Source of the DNA: Longimicrobiales bacterium
GTDB lineage: Bacteria > Gemmatimonadota > Gemmatimonadetes > Longimicrobiales > Gaopeijiaceae
Reading direction: 5' to 3'
Length of the DNA stretch: 64,000 nucleotides
Assembly (NCBI GenBank): GCA_041690395.1
Contig: JAWLHJ010000001.1
Location: 544,001-608,000 of the forward strand
In this document: piece by piece, positions 9,490 to 17,437 of the stretch
Layout of the letters: every line of letters begins with the position of its first letter
Numbering within the stretch: the first letter of the stretch is position 1
Made by a program: the position numbers and the translations under genes
Notes under the pieces: model-generated
The model's database searches: none
What the model was told of the DNA's origin: nothing
The model's input: the letters and a program-made list of their open reading frames with translations, nothing else

Positions 9490-10317
9490 TTAACCCTCGG
9501 CCGGAGACGTTGTGCCGTCCGGGGCGTCCGGCGGTCTCCCGCCGCCCCGGGCGCGGGAGAGGGCGTCACGCACGAGAGCGCGGACCTCCTCGTCCATGTC
9601 GTCCGCGCTCAGCATCCATTCGAGATACGACGGATCGGAGCTCGCGACCTCGTCGAGCGGGCGCCCCGAGTGCTTGCCGCGTCGGAAGGCACGGCCCTGG
9701 TCCGGTCCGGTGAACCATCGCTCGGCCTCGGTGCGAACCGGAGCGTACTCGTCGCAGTAGGCGTGGAGGCCATCGAGGTCCCGGGGGAGCTCGGCATAAC
9801 GCTCCAGCTGCGCTCCGAGCACCGCGGCGGACGTGCGAATGTCACCGAGCGCGGTGTGGGCTTCCTCGTGCTCCCGCCCCAGATAGAAACGTGCCGCCGC
9901 GGACAGGTCGCGGGGCTCCTCCCGGTGGAAGATGTTCTGGACGTCCACGATCCGCCGCCCTTCGAGCGAGAACGGCACCCCGCATCGCTTGAATTCCGCG
10001 AGCAGCATGGGGACGTCGTAGCGCCTGACGTTGAATCCGCTCAGGTCGCACCCCTCCAGGATACGCGCCAGGCCCCGCGCCCGGCGGCAGAAGGGCTCCT
10101 CGTCGGCGACGTCCGCGTCGGAGATACCGTGCACGGCGGTCGCCTCCGGCGGGATCGGCATCTCGGGGTTGAACCGCCGGACACGTTCGAGCACGTCGCC
10201 GTGCGGCGTCATCTTGATGAGCGCCAGCTCGACGATACGGTCCTTCTTGAGGTCGAGTCCGGTGGTCTCCAGGTCGAAGAAGACCAGCGGACGGTCGAGA
10301 TCGAACGGTAGCTTCAT
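9490..10317 (-). CDS. DEDDh 3'-5' exonuclease (DnaQ/Pol III epsilon-like)
   Basis: FFDLETTG, GFNVRRYD, HTALGD; C-terminal GKHSG...DPSYLEWML extension. Confidence 0.9.
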   Translation of the reverse strand: MKLPFDLDRPLVFFDLETTGLDLKKDRIVELALIKMTPHGDVLERVRRFNPEMPIPPEATAVHGISDADVADEEPFCRRARGLARILEGCDLSGFNVRRYDVPMLLAEFKRCGVPFSLEGRRIVDVQNIFHREEPRDLSAAARFYLGREHEEAHTALGDIRTSAAVLGAQLERYAELPRDLDGLHAYCDEYAPVRTEAERWFTGPDQGRAFRRGKHSGRPLDEVASSDPSYLEWMLSADDMDEEVRALVRDALSRARGGGRPPDAPDGTTSPAEG

Positions 10318-10383
10318 GGCAATGGTCGAGGAGCATGCAAACACGCAAAGGTAGCGCAGCGGCCGGAGCGTCGCAGCCCGACG

Positions 10384-10412
10384 TGGACACGCGTCGGGAG
10401 GGACGGTAGCGT
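10384..10412 (+). promoter_or_regulatory. Sigma70-type promoter (TGGACA-N17-TAGCGT), leaderless
   Basis: -10 ends 6 nt before ATG 10419. Confidence 0.55.
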
Positions 10413-10418
10413 CGTGGC

Positions 10419-11408
10419 ATGACCGACACGATGCGCGCGATCCGCATGCGGGAGCCCGGCGGGCCCGACGTCCTGGAGCTCGTCACCGTGCCTCGTCCCG
10501 AGCCGGCCGCTGGCATGCTCCGGGTCCGGGTGGGGGCGTCGGGGGTGAACCGCGCCGACCTCCTGCAGAGGCTCGGACGGTACCCGGCGCCCGACGGGTA
10601 TCCTCAGGACATCCCGGGGATGGAGTTCGCCGGCGTCGTCGACGCCGTGGGCGAGGGTGTGGACGGGGCGTGGGTCGGGCGCGAGGTCATGGCCATCACG
10701 GGCGGGGGTGCCTACGCGGAGCACGTGACGGTCCACGAAGGCGAGGTCGTGCCCGTTCCGGACGGACTCGACCGGGTGGAGGCGGCGGCGATCCCCGAGG
10801 TGTTCATGACCGCGTTCGACGCGGTCTTCCTCCAGGCCGGCCTCCGGGTCGACGAGTGGCTCCTCGTGCACGCGGTGGGGAGCGGCGTGGGCACGGCCGC
10901 CGTCCAACTCGCTTCGCGGGCCGGAGCGCGCGTGATCGGGACCTCCAGAACGGCCGACAAATTGCGCGCCGCCGAGGAGCTCGGCATGGCGCACGGCGTG
11001 CCGGGGGACGACGCGTGGCCGGACGTGGTCCTGAACGCCACCTCCGGACGGGGCGTGGACGTGGTGCTCGACCTCGTCGGCGGGCCGTATCTAGCCGGGA
11101 ACCAGCGCGTGGTCGCGACGGGAGGGCGGCACGTGGTCGTCGGCATCCCGGGCGGCGCGAAGGCGGAGGTGGACCTCGGCCTCCTCATGCGGAAACGGGC
11201 GACGCTCCGCGGGACCGTGCTGCGCTCCCGCTCGCTCGATGAGAAGGTGGCGCTGGCGCGCGCCTTCGAGCGTGACGTGCTGCCGGGCTTCCAGGACGGG
11301 ACCCTCCGTCCGGTCGTCGACCGGGTCTTTTCCGCGGAGGAGGCCGCCGAGGCGCACCGGCACATGGAAGCCAACCGGAATTTCGGGAAGATCCTGCTCC
11401 GCTGGTGA
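10419..11408 (+). CDS. NAD(P)H-quinone oxidoreductase (PIG3/zeta-crystallin, MDR family)
   Basis: GVNRADLLQRLGRY, PGMEFAG, GGAYAE, IPEVFMTA, HAVGSGVG, NFGKILL. Confidence 0.93.
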   Translation: MTDTMRAIRMREPGGPDVLELVTVPRPEPAAGMLRVRVGASGVNRADLLQRLGRYPAPDGYPQDIPGMEFAGVVDAVGEGVDGAWVGREVMAITGGGAYAEHVTVHEGEVVPVPDGLDRVEAAAIPEVFMTAFDAVFLQAGLRVDEWLLVHAVGSGVGTAAVQLASRAGARVIGTSRTADKLRAAEELGMAHGVPGDDAWPDVVLNATSGRGVDVVLDLVGGPYLAGNQRVVATGGRHVVVGIPGGAKAEVDLGLLMRKRATLRGTVLRSRSLDEKVALARAFERDVLPGFQDGTLRPVVDRVFSAEEAAEAHRHMEANRNFGKILLRW

Positions 11409-11418
11409 AGTCGGCCGG

Positions 11419-11583
11419 CTAGTGTCCCGAGTCAGAAGTTCGTCGGCATTCGAGCGCCGCGGCATCCGCCGCGGCCGCGTTGCTCCTCCTCGACGTAGCG
11501 GTGCTATGCCTCGTCGTCGCGCCTCGCCGCGACGGCGCCGCAGCGCTCTCGGTGCGCAACGAACTCCTGACTCGGGACACTAG
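11419..11583. repeat. 165-bp palindromic MITE/REP-like element bounded by CTAG
   Basis: Terminal inverted repeats CTAGTGTCCCGAGTCAGAAGTTCGT (11419-11443) and ACGAACTCCTGACTCGGGACACTAG (11559-11583) are 24/25 complementary. The interior is also partly self-complementary. Confidence 0.8.
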
Positions 11584-14483
11584 ATCGCGCCTTCCTCGGA
11601 GGACCCTTCCAGTCCGAGCGCCTCGAGAACCAGGCGGCTCTGCTGCTTCACGTGGTCACGGCTCTTGCCTTCGGCCGGGCTCGCCCGCTCGGGACGCGCC
11701 GTGTAGGACAGCGACACCTTCCGGGGGACGAGTGGGCGGAGACGGGGACCGACGTAGGTCAGCGCGCCCATGTTGCGCGGCTCCTCCTGCACCCACACGA
11801 CCTCTTTCAGATTCGGGTACGATGCGAGGAGCGCCCCGAGCTGCTCGTCCGGGAACGGGTAGAGGAGCTCCATCCGCCCCACCGCGACCGCGTCGGCCTC
11901 GTCCCGACGGTCGTGTCCGGCGATGTCGTAGTAGATCTTGCCCGTGCAGAGGACGAGACGGGTCACCTTGTCGGGATCCGTCACCCTCGGGTCCGGCAGC
12001 ACGTGGCGGAACGTCCCTTCCGTGAGCTCCGAGACCTTCGAAGTCGCCATCGGATGCCGTAGCAGGCTCTTGGGCGTCATGACGATCATCGGGCGCTCCG
12101 GGCGGCGGAGGGCCTGCCTGCGGAGCAGGTGGAAGAACTGCGCCGGTGTCGTCGGATACGTCACCCGCATGTTGTCTTCGGCGCAGAGCTGGAGAAACCG
12201 CTCGAGCCGGGCGCTCGAATGCTCCGGCCCCTGACCCTCGTACCCGTGCGGCAGCAGCAGCGTCAGGCGGGAGTGTTGCCCCCACTTGGTCAGGCCGGAC
12301 GACATGAACTGGTCGATCATGACCTGCGCGACGTTGACGAAGTCGCCGAACTGCGCCTCCCAGAGCACGACGTCGTTCCCGGCTCCGACCGAATAGCCGT
12401 ACTCGAAGCCGACGACCGCCGTCTCCGTCAGCGGGGAGTTGTAGACCTCCAGGCGGGTGTCGGAGACGCCGCGGAGCGGAACGACCTCTTCTCCCGTCTC
12501 CGAATCGTGTAGCACCAGGTGGCGGTGGCTGAACGTGCCGCGCTCCGCGTCCTGGCCGGAGAGACGGACCGGGATCCCGTCGATGAGCAGGGTTCCGAAC
12601 GCGAGCGCCTCGGCGTGACCCCAGTCGATGGCGCGGTCGACCGAAAACTCGTTCGCGCGGCGGGAGAGCTGTCGCCAGAGCTTGTCGTGTGGCTTGAAGC
12701 CGTCCGGCACCGTGAGGCTCGTCTTGTTGATGTGCTCGAGCACTTCGAACGGCACCCCGGTCGACTCCGGACGGACGATGTCGTCGGGCGTCTGGTCGCG
12801 TTCCGGGTCGCGCTCGGTGTCGGCGAGGCTCTCCGCGGCGCCCTCGCCGGATGCGAGCCGCTCGCGGACGTTGTCCTGAGCGGACCGGAGCGTGTTGGAG
12901 ATCTCCTCGACGAGCGACGTCGCGTCGGCCTCGGTGATCGTCCCATCGGCGACCAGCCGCTCGGCGTAGAGGGCCCGGACGGTCGGGTGCTGGGCGATCT
13001 TGCGGTAGAGGACGGGCTGCGTGTAGGCCGGCTCGTCTCCCTCGTTGTGCCCGAAGCGCCGGTAACCGACGAGGTCGATCACGAAGTCGTCCCCGAACTC
13101 CTTGCGGTACGACATCGCCAGGCGCATGGCGGCGAGACAGGCCTCGGGGTCGTCGGCGTTCACGTGCACCACCGGGATCCCGTATCCCTTCGCCAGATCG
13201 CTCGCGTAATGGGTCGAGCGGGCGTCGCTCGGATCGGTAGTGAAGCCGACCTGGTTGTTCACGATGACGTGCACCGTGCCGCCCACGTCGTAGCCCTGGA
13301 GGCGGGCCATATTCAACGCCTCGGCCACGACGCCTTCGGCGGCGAACGCCGCGTCGCCGTGCATGAGCACGGGTACGACCGCGCTGGTGTCGAGAGCGGC
13401 GTCCTTCGAGTTGCTCGTGAACTGGTGCGAGCGGGCGATGCCCTGCACGACCGGGTTCACGAACTCGAGGTGGCTCGGGTTCGGCGCCAGCGACACGTCG
13501 ATCGACTCGTCCTGGCTGAAGACCCTTCGACCGCGTCCACCGTGGTGGTACTTCACGTCGCCGGTGCCGCCCACGTCGAGCTGGCCGCCCTTGTAGGACG
13601 GACCTTCGAACTCGGCGAGGAGCTCGTCGTACGAGACGCCGACCGTGTGCGTCAGGATGTTCAGGCGGCCCCGATGGGCGGCACCGATCACGACTTCCCT
13701 TCCACCGTGCTCGGCGGCCATGTGGATGGCCAGATCGAGCATCGGAATGAGGGTGTCGTTCCCCTCGATGGAGAAGCGCTTCTGGCCCAGGTACGCCTTG
13801 TGGATGAACTGCTCCAGCCCTTCCACCTGGGTCAACCGGTGGAGGAGCTCCTTCTTCTCGTCGTCGGAGAGGGCTGCGGTGTGCGCACCCTCCTCGACCT
13901 GCTTCCACAGCCAGGAGACCTTCACGTGGTCGTCCATGTGCTCGAATTCGTAGCCGATCGAGCCGGCGTAGATCTCGCTGAGATCACGTAGCGCGTCGGC
14001 CACCGACATGTCGTCGTCGGCGTCGTCGAGGATGAGCGAAGCCGGGAGCTCGGCGAGCTCCTCCATCGACGTGCCGAAGAACGCCGGGGAGAGCTGGGGA
14101 TGCCCGGGCGGCTCGGTGCCCAGCGGGTCGATGCGGGCGAGCTGGTGGCCGTGGTCGCGGAACGCCTGCACGAGGGCAGTGGCTCGCGAGATCGCCGGGA
14201 GCGCCTTGCGGAGCATGTCGGCGGCCTCGTCGGAGAGCTCCGCATGCTCGGCGCGGACGACGGCGGCGCGTGGCGCGGGGGCTTCCGCGGTGGGCGCCGC
14301 CGGTTCCGGGTGGCCGTTCAGCTGGTCCGGTCGGAGGAGTCCCTCGGCGATGGCCTGGGCCCCTCCATCGGCGAAGAGGCGACGCCACTCGGTCGGCACG
14401 GCGTCGGGGTTGCGGGCGAACTGCTCGTACATCGCCTGCGCATATGCGGCGTTCAAGCTGTCGAAAAGCGTGTCGTCCATCAT
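11580..14483 (-). CDS. sucA: 2-oxoglutarate dehydrogenase E1 component
   Basis: KRFSIEG, AHRGRLN, GDVKYH, NPSHLE, HGDAAF, WEAQFGDF, LPHGYEGQGPEHSSAR. Start MMDDTLFDSLNAAY (14483 or 14480). Confidence 0.96.
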   Translation of the reverse strand: MMDDTLFDSLNAAYAQAMYEQFARNPDAVPTEWRRLFADGGAQAIAEGLLRPDQLNGHPEPAAPTAEAPAPRAAVVRAEHAELSDEAADMLRKALPAISRATALVQAFRDHGHQLARIDPLGTEPPGHPQLSPAFFGTSMEELAELPASLILDDADDDMSVADALRDLSEIYAGSIGYEFEHMDDHVKVSWLWKQVEEGAHTAALSDDEKKELLHRLTQVEGLEQFIHKAYLGQKRFSIEGNDTLIPMLDLAIHMAAEHGGREVVIGAAHRGRLNILTHTVGVSYDELLAEFEGPSYKGGQLDVGGTGDVKYHHGGRGRRVFSQDESIDVSLAPNPSHLEFVNPVVQGIARSHQFTSNSKDAALDTSAVVPVLMHGDAAFAAEGVVAEALNMARLQGYDVGGTVHVIVNNQVGFTTDPSDARSTHYASDLAKGYGIPVVHVNADDPEACLAAMRLAMSYRKEFGDDFVIDLVGYRRFGHNEGDEPAYTQPVLYRKIAQHPTVRALYAERLVADGTITEADATSLVEEISNTLRSAQDNVRERLASGEGAAESLADTERDPERDQTPDDIVRPESTGVPFEVLEHINKTSLTVPDGFKPHDKLWRQLSRRANEFSVDRAIDWGHAEALAFGTLLIDGIPVRLSGQDAERGTFSHRHLVLHDSETGEEVVPLRGVSDTRLEVYNSPLTETAVVGFEYGYSVGAGNDVVLWEAQFGDFVNVAQVMIDQFMSSGLTKWGQHSRLTLLLPHGYEGQGPEHSSARLERFLQLCAEDNMRVTYPTTPAQFFHLLRRQALRRPERPMIVMTPKSLLRHPMATSKVSELTEGTFRHVLPDPRVTDPDKVTRLVLCTGKIYYDIAGHDRRDEADAVAVGRMELLYPFPDEQLGALLASYPNLKEVVWVQEEPRNMGALTYVGPRLRPLVPRKVSLSYTARPERASPAEGKSRDHVKQQSRLVLEALGLEGSSEEGAI

Positions 14484-14486
14484 CCT

Positions 14487-14560
14487 GTGCGACCGCAGGG
14501 GGTCGTCTGGTGCGACCCCGGAGGGTCGTCTCGAGAAGGCGGGGATGCAGGGTATCCCCG
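14487..14560 (-). promoter_or_regulatory. Structured sucA 5' leader: two tandem 22-nt hairpin repeats plus an upstream 7-bp stem
   Basis: 14487-14508 and 14510-14531 are 19/22 identical and each folds CGACC...GGTCG. A CGGGGAT/ATCCCCG stem lies at 14540-14560. Confidence 0.45.
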
Positions 14561-14646
14561 TAAGGTACCGCATTCCGGGCGTGCGTTCGAGTGCGTCCGA
14601 GCGGATCGTTATTACCTTCGGTTTCCGTGAACCCCGAAGGAGACCT

Positions 14647-15453
14647 ATGAGCCGGAGAGACCGCGTGCGTGGGAGTGTTCGCACCGTCCGGGAGATCCCC
14701 GCGACGGGGCTGCCGGCCGTCGTGCATCCGGAGTGGGCGCGGAGCTTCCCCTGGCTCGTGCAGGGCACCACGGTCAGAGGGGGCGACGGGGCGTTCGACC
14801 TGCGGCTCTTCGGTCCGGATGGGGGGAGATTGCCAGTCGGGAACGGGGAACGGGTGGAATCGACGCCCGAGGCCTGGGGCCGGCTACTCGGGTGGAGCGG
14901 CTGCGAGGCGGTGGCCCACGCTCGCCAGGTTCATGAAGACACGGTTCGGAGCCACGGACCTCTCGGAGGCCATGGGCTCCAGCTCGTACCGGACTGCGAC
15001 GGTCACTTCACGGCCGTACCCGGGGTCCTGCTCGCGGTCGCTGTCGCGGACTGCGTTCCGGTGTCGGTCGTCGACCCCGAGCGGCGCGAGGTCGCGCTCC
15101 TGCATGCCGGATGGCGCGGGGTGGCGGCCGGGGTGCTCGAGCGGGGGCTCGCCGTCTTTCGGAGCCGGGGAAGCCCTCCCGACGGGCTGCACCTCCATCT
15201 CGGGCCGTCGATCTGCGGCGCATGCTACGAGGTGGGCGGCGAGGTCTTCGCCGGGCTCGGCCTGCCGGCGCCCGAGCGCCCCGAGCCGATCGACCTGAGG
15301 GCCGTTCTGGCCGATCGAGCGGTCGAAGCCGGGCTCGCGGCGGATCGGGTCACGGTCTCCGAGCACTGCACGCTCTGTGGGGACGGGGGCTTCCACTCCC
15401 ACAGGGGCGGCGACGCGGGGCGTCAGGTCGGCTTCCTCGGTGTCCGCCCGTGA
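14647..15453 (+). CDS. pgeF: YfiH/PgeF family (purine nucleoside phosphorylase / laccase-domain) protein
   Basis: RQVH, VADCVPV, LHAGWRG, GPSICGACYEVG, CTLC...FHSHR. AAGGAG RBS before ATG 14647. Confidence 0.88.
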   Translation: MSRRDRVRGSVRTVREIPATGLPAVVHPEWARSFPWLVQGTTVRGGDGAFDLRLFGPDGGRLPVGNGERVESTPEAWGRLLGWSGCEAVAHARQVHEDTVRSHGPLGGHGLQLVPDCDGHFTAVPGVLLAVAVADCVPVSVVDPERREVALLHAGWRGVAAGVLERGLAVFRSRGSPPDGLHLHLGPSICGACYEVGGEVFAGLGLPAPERPEPIDLRAVLADRAVEAGLAADRVTVSEHCTLCGDGGFHSHRGGDAGRQVGFLGVRP

Positions 15454-15716
15454 GCGATGCGTCGGATGGGCCCGGCGAGCGGCCTGGCCCGGGTGGGTCG
15501 ACGGGTGGCTCCGGTGGCGCGGCGGGACCGTGGCCGGGCCTCTGCGCCGGCTGCGCCCACCACCGCGTGATCGAGAACCGCCGGGGTTCCCGCTTCCATC
15601 TGTGCGAGAAGTCCAGGGAGGACCCGCGCTTTCCGAAGTATCCGCCGATACCGGTGCTCCGGTGTGCTGGTTACCTGCCACATAACCCCGCCGGCGAGGT
15701 GCCCGGCACCGACTGA
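15450..15716 (+). CDS. Small four-Cys protein (putative metal-binding), function unknown
   Basis: GTG start overlaps the pgeF stop (GTGA). Sequence GLCAGCAHHRVIENRRGSRFHLCEKSREDPRFPKYPPIPVLRCAGY. Confidence 0.7.
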   Translation: MSDASDGPGERPGPGGSTGGSGGAAGPWPGLCAGCAHHRVIENRRGSRFHLCEKSREDPRFPKYPPIPVLRCAGYLPHNPAGEVPGTD

Positions 15717-15791
15717 GCCGCCCGTCCGGACGCACCTGTTATCGTTCGATGCAGTTCCAGACTTCGACAACCCAGCGTTCTTGGAGGAAGT

Positions 15792-16250
15792 ATGAGCGAG
15801 CCGGTCTACGTGTCCCGCTCGAAGGTCCGGAAGATCGCGGGCGTCCACCGCCGGGCGACCCTGCACGACGGCACCGAGGTGGAGTTCGGCGTCCACGGTC
15901 CGGTGAAGGCGGCGTACGGCCTCGACGACGAGCCCGATCTGCCGCTGCCGGTCGACTACCTCGTCGCGGCGGCCGCCGGCTGACTACTCGGGACACTCAA
16001 TGGCGCACTGGAGGTGCGCGGGATCCCGATGGCCCCCGATGCGATCGACGCTCGGGCTGAAGGCATCAACGAGCTGGTGGACAAGGTCGTCGTCCTGACG
16101 CGCATCCACGTGCACTACACGCTGCGGCTGCCGGCGGGCGCGCCCCGCGACAAGGTCGATCGGGCGCTGGAGACTCACGTGTCGAAGTGTCCGACCGCGA
16201 AGTCGCTCGAGGGCGCGGTCGAGGTCACCTGGAGCGCGGATCTCATGTAG
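15792..16250 (+). CDS. OsmC/Ohr-family protein, probable selenoprotein (TGA at codon 64 read as Sec)
   Basis: ORFs 15792-15983 and 16014-16250 share a frame and are separated only by TGA 15981-15983 in PVDYLVAAAAG-U-LLGTL, where OsmC proteins carry the catalytic Cys. A second Cys is in SKCPTAKSL. GGAGG RBS. Confidence 0.85.
15984..16028 (+). promoter_or_regulatory. Putative bacterial SECIS element
   Basis: Directly after the TGA: lower stem CGGGA (15989-93)/TCCCG (16024-28), upper stem GCGCAC (16003-08)/GTGCGC (16014-19), G-rich loop TGGAG 25 nt after the TGA. Confidence 0.7.
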
Positions 16251-17425
16251 CTCTTCGCCAGGGTCCGCATCTCCCTGCTCAACGTCAGATGGAGCTCGCG
16301 GATCTCGTCCATGCTCCACGCGAACGACGCGATCCGGTCCGTCACCTCGAGGAAGGCCCGCACGCGCTCGGTGCGCTCCTCGGACCAGCGCGCCAGCGCC
16401 CCCGCCTCACCGGACACGACGGCGTCGGCCAACAGCTCGGCTTCGCGGAAGGCGTCGGTGATGCCGTGGGCCGTGATGGGGTCGCGGAAGTAACCGGCGT
16501 CTCCGACCAGCGCCCATCCGGGGCCGTGTCCCTCCCGGATGAAGCCCGGGACGCCCGGGAACGCCCGGTGCACCGTGGGCTCGCCCGGCGTGCGCTCCAG
16601 CCGCGCGGCGAGCTCCGGTACGCACTCCGAAAGGAGTCGGCGATGGAGACCCGCGAGACCACCGGCCCGCTCGGCCTCGAACCGCGCCTGGGGCATCGAG
16701 GTGAAGACGCACGCCCGATTCCCGTTGGTCGGGATGGCGCCCACGCTGACGCCGGGCCGGTATGCCCACACGTAGCCCTCGAGGCCGGGGTCGGGCAGAT
16801 AGGCGTACGCGGTCGCGGCGGCGTGCTCGGCTTGGAGCGTCGTTTCGGCCCCGACGAGGCGGGCGACGCGGGAGCGGATCCCGTCGGCGCCGATCACGAG
16901 GTCGGCTCGGACGGAGGCGTGCCGACCGTCCGTCGAGGACAACTCCGCTCCCACCACGGCCCCGGATCGACGGATGAGGCCGGTGACGGACCATCCGAGG
17001 CGGACCTCCGCGCCGTGCGCGCGGGCGCCTTCCTGGAGCGCCGGGTCGAGCACGGTGCGCCTGGGCGCGTACAGCGCGTCGATGCCGTCACGCGGGACGA
17101 TGTCGATGTCGATGCGCTCCTCGGGCACCGCCGTGTCGCCGTACACGAACGAGGTCCTGCGCACGGGTGGCGTGCCGGCGGCCACGATGGGCCGGAGCAG
17201 ATCCCATCTGCCGAGCCGTGACACCGCGTCCCGCATGAGCGCGTGGGTCGAGAGCGTGTCGCTTCCGGGACGTTGCGGGTCCACCACGAGCACCCGGAGC
17301 CCGCTCCGCGCGAGTAGCATCCCGGTGGCGGCGCCGGCGCAGCGGGCCCCCGCGACGACGACGTCGTAGTGGTCCGCGATGTCCGCGTCGTGGCCGGCGG
17401 CCGGCTCCTTGGGCTGCTCCGACAT
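16175..17425 (-). CDS. FAD-dependent oxidoreductase (aromatic hydroxylase/geranylgeranyl-reductase-like)
   Basis: YDVVVAGARCAGAA, DTLSTHALM, IGADGIRS, GWALVGDAGYFRDPITAHG. Confidence 0.88.
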   Translation of the reverse strand: MSEQPKEPAAGHDADIADHYDVVVAGARCAGAATGMLLARSGLRVLVVDPQRPGSDTLSTHALMRDAVSRLGRWDLLRPIVAAGTPPVRRTSFVYGDTAVPEERIDIDIVPRDGIDALYAPRRTVLDPALQEGARAHGAEVRLGWSVTGLIRRSGAVVGAELSSTDGRHASVRADLVIGADGIRSRVARLVGAETTLQAEHAAATAYAYLPDPGLEGYVWAYRPGVSVGAIPTNGNRACVFTSMPQARFEAERAGGLAGLHRRLLSECVPELAARLERTPGEPTVHRAFPGVPGFIREGHGPGWALVGDAGYFRDPITAHGITDAFREAELLADAVVSGEAGALARWSEERTERVRAFLEVTDRIASFAWSMDEIRELHLTLSREMRTLAKSYMRSALQVTSTAPSSDFAVGHFDT

Positions 17426-17437
17426 GTGTCCGCCTCC

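Noticed and set aside
14484..14771. N-terminal extensions in the ORF track (sucA; similarly creatininase to 56162, prfC to 63936, LLM to 52708)
   Set aside because: The extensions overlap neighbouring genes or promoters and lack family similarity; downstream ATGs match the family N-termini.
15714..15791. The TGA of the small Cys protein is in frame with the OsmC ATG with no intervening stop, suggesting a second read-through fusion
   Set aside because: No clear SECIS-like hairpin follows, the TGA is not at a Cys-like position, and OsmC has its own GGAGG RBS; frame coincidence is a 1-in-3 event.
15981..15983. OsmC gene as a nonsense pseudogene
   Set aside because: The stop falls exactly at the catalytic Cys, both halves are intact and a SECIS-like hairpin follows. 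Recoding is the better explanation, though unproven.
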